A stretch of 26,411 nt of DNA from a virus (Duplodnaviria; Caudoviricetes): positions 1 through 26,411 of IMG/VR virus record IMGVR_UViG_3300012952_003931; one strand, 5' to 3'. Every line of letters begins with the position of its first letter. Position 1 is the stretch's first letter. The notes under the pieces are model-generated. The model ran no database searches and had not been told where the DNA came from. It saw only the letters and a program-made list of their open reading frames with translations. Below, in pieces: positions 25,401 through 26,411 of this stretch. The position numbers and the translations under genes were made by a program.

Positions 25401-26410
25401 TCACCGGCTTCCATTTCTTTGATGCTTTTTACAAAGCCCTTGAGGCCATCGATAAAGCTACCTTTTTCTCCACCTGGAGGACCGGCTTTATCCATCTCTT
25501 TTCCAACGTCACTCTGGACACCGCCGAAGGCTTTACTGAACATGCCTACGATTTTACCCATTACTGCACCTTTAAGCGCTGTAATGGCACCGGTGATCAT
25601 CATTTTCATAAAGATGAAGCCGACATACATGGCACCAACCTTAAGAATAGTTCCACCATGTTTTTCAAATACTGCAGATAACAGGTTTAGAATTGCTGCA
25701 AGGATTGCCGGTGCAGCTTCGACAAGCGAGTTCGCAACGCTGACTAACATCTCAAGCAGTGTGGACAATAGCCCTCTCTTACCCATGTCACCAGGCGGGT
25801 TACGGATACTCTCTGCCATGTTATTCAACATGTTCTTTAACGCGTCTAAAATTTTCGGTACTAAAGCCTTGATAATCTCTGCGACTGCACTGATGGCTTT
25901 TCCGAATCCTTCCTTGATCTTCTTAAGAGCCTCACCCTTACCACCAAAAAACTTCTCAAATGCCTTACCAATTCTATCTATAAATGTCTCTGCACCTGCT
26001 TTGGGATCCGTAGACAGAGACGAGAATAGATCTTTAAAGATGCCAAGCAGCTCTTTAGAAAGATCTTTGAACGCTTTGGGATCAAACAGGTCTTTTAGGC
26101 CGCCAAAAATATCTTGAATGCCTGGGAAAAGCTGAACGAACATTTTTCCAAGTTCTTTACCGAATTTGAAAACGACCTTCATTGACTGTTTAAGGTTCTT
26201 CATTACGGCCCGGAACTCTTCCGTCGATGCAATACCAGACATAAAGCCTTTTGAGAACGCGTCCCAGAAGCCGGAGAACCCTCCGCCTCCGCCTCCGCCA
26301 AATACACGCTCCATGGAATCAGCTAGTTTACTAAGTGCCTCTTCCTGGCTCATTGAATTTTCTTCGGCGTCGGCGGCACCGGCCTGAAGATCTTCATATG
26401 ATGTGCCCAT
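22418..26410 (-). CDS. Tail tape measure protein (at least 1330 aa; may start upstream of the window)
   Basis: Long Ala/Gly/Met-rich helical-type protein with periodic repeats, a hydrophobic centre and a C-terminal beta-like INVTFNVSMNARNIA, upstream of baseplate genes. The ORF reaches the window edge, so the true start is unknown. Confidence 0.85.
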   Translation of the reverse strand: MGTSYEDLQAGAADAEENSMSQEEALSKLADSMERVFGGGGGGGFSGFWDAFSKGFMSGIASTEEFRAVMKNLKQSMKVVFKFGKELGKMFVQLFPGIQDIFGGLKDLFDPKAFKDLSKELLGIFKDLFSSLSTDPKAGAETFIDRIGKAFEKFFGGKGEALKKIKEGFGKAISAVAEIIKALVPKILDALKNMLNNMAESIRNPPGDMGKRGLLSTLLEMLVSVANSLVEAAPAILAAILNLLSAVFEKHGGTILKVGAMYVGFIFMKMMITGAITALKGAVMGKIVGMFSKAFGGVQSDVGKEMDKAGPPGGEKGSFIDGLKGFVKSIKEMEAGDIIEAGAKLFLLAVSFLPTLAVMAAAIVMVTMIMSTVSFGALIKGLIGLTAAIISLKVLLGVSEKINAGGVGQAIVGMLGAALLLAVGGTALGLALAFVTPILASIPLGAAIKGMVALGLAAVAAMGMAYAGAAIGALGPAGFGIALIGLVGAAVLLTVGAYAMAIALTLAVPALKKVDWGASMAGMAGLAVVMAFAAIAALAAIAAGVLGLVAAVAMIGVAAFVLSLAYIGLPALSAAGSAMSGLDWGGLALGFLSLVPIFGSILLAAMVAIPAGIAGLLGALALLGVAAFIYSFNNTVGPQLPTLAAQFDAVDMAKLAGDMALFGLMMIPLALSAMLAIPAGIAGLLGGALLGGVAYFLESLGENVLPPLSDFMKASSGIDFKRLILIMTALSLMFAATVLMAAAAIPMAIFGSFLLRGVIESGFETVGEMADSMVGHLSPAIKKLNAMKVDDPALLSAKVQALIGIMDAVGGMADIVFKIALLDVLASAGGGESGAILEGAAGFMDSMLGGATKLIRALAQIVSTMPEGDIKKLEAIGGVLSAIANLMTALQPPPGLFETMTEMGSGGFFGGGQDVDVEGIMSAYADTMDSIMASMMDMVVPMVEDIMAIDLGPDPEAAKMKAETIAAALNAVVGMATGFGEMASGVMEMNAEQQPFFGSGPSVVETMNSYMAVLDMIMGVVSAKIPAIVGAVMAAAESVGDPESAKPKLEVVGLAMGALSDFASAISAMSGQIPEPGWFESSEDVLDEFMDTVNMIVGVAIRYIPTIVNRLLGISIPNPEEAAAKMDVIAKAMNTVSNFTSTLDNFSGMGAADIYNTYGPIIKGIAWLFGYESDGTGKTIPELMTTMTNMEMGDTGAITSKLEGVNNVLGPMNSFINNFATLADGLNNISTEAMANAGANFQLVIDEMVSIHDILNEGMPNVNLVGALEQFGENMSISSESISVENKPININVTFNVSMNARNIATALSDATIAGNAALLTASEGAGGGG
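22740..24045 (-). repeat. Six ~74-89-aa degenerate protein repeats in the tape measure C-terminal region
   Basis: DPALLSAKVQAL, DIKKLEAI, DPEAAKMKAETI, DPESAKPKLEVV, NPEEAAAKMDVI, DTGAITSKLEGV; Lys anchors spaced 74, 89, 87, 77 and 76 codons. Confidence 0.65.
24120..25300 (-). repeat. ~68-aa hydrophobic protein repeats in the tape measure protein
   Basis: VDWG, LDWG, VDMA and IDFK anchors at exactly 204-nt spacing (Asp codons starting at 24868, 24664, 24460, 24256); IPAGIAGLLG occurs twice. Confidence 0.75.
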
Positions 26411-26411
26411 A

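Noticed and set aside
22986-26117. Long plus-strand ORFs (282, 160, 111 and 350 aa) opposite the tape measure gene
   Set aside because: Antisense shadows of an Ala/Gly/Ile-rich gene; no family motifs, and the whole window is minus-strand coded.
1-26411. tRNA, CRISPR array, integrase or IS elements
   Set aside because: Intergenic gaps are at most about 100 nt and are explained by promoters or a terminator; no repeat-spacer pattern, cloverleaf or recombinase/transposase motif was seen by eye.

Overview
The window is a dense, entirely minus-strand segment that looks like a large tailed bacteriophage (myovirus-like, distant T4-type replication genes, standard genetic code). In transcription order (right to left) it carries four modules. 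(1) Tail module: tape measure protein (possibly 5'-truncated), small hypothetical, 1114-aa tail-tube-initiator-like protein, LysM/gp53-like wedge protein, 998-aa baseplate hub-like protein. (2) Transition zone: a minimal family A DNA polymerase, a degenerate HD protein and two small proteins sharing an LRxxIRxILxE N-terminal motif. (3) Replication/recombination module: gp32-like SSB, RecA, 5'-3' exonuclease, DnaB/gp41 helicase, class II B12 ribonucleotide reductase and a ClpP-like protease. (4) A cluster of three different peptidoglycan hydrolases (amidase, M15 peptidase, GH25 muramidase). The standout observation is a complete, apparently intact glyoxylate shunt (malate synthase A aceB + isocitrate lyase aceA) embedded with very short gaps inside the hydrolase cluster, a candidate phage auxiliary metabolic module. 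Also visible are a recurring TGWAMA-N16/17-TAWWHT promoter motif, one intrinsic terminator and two periodic repeat arrays in the tape measure protein. All calls come from reading motifs by eye; no database search was run.
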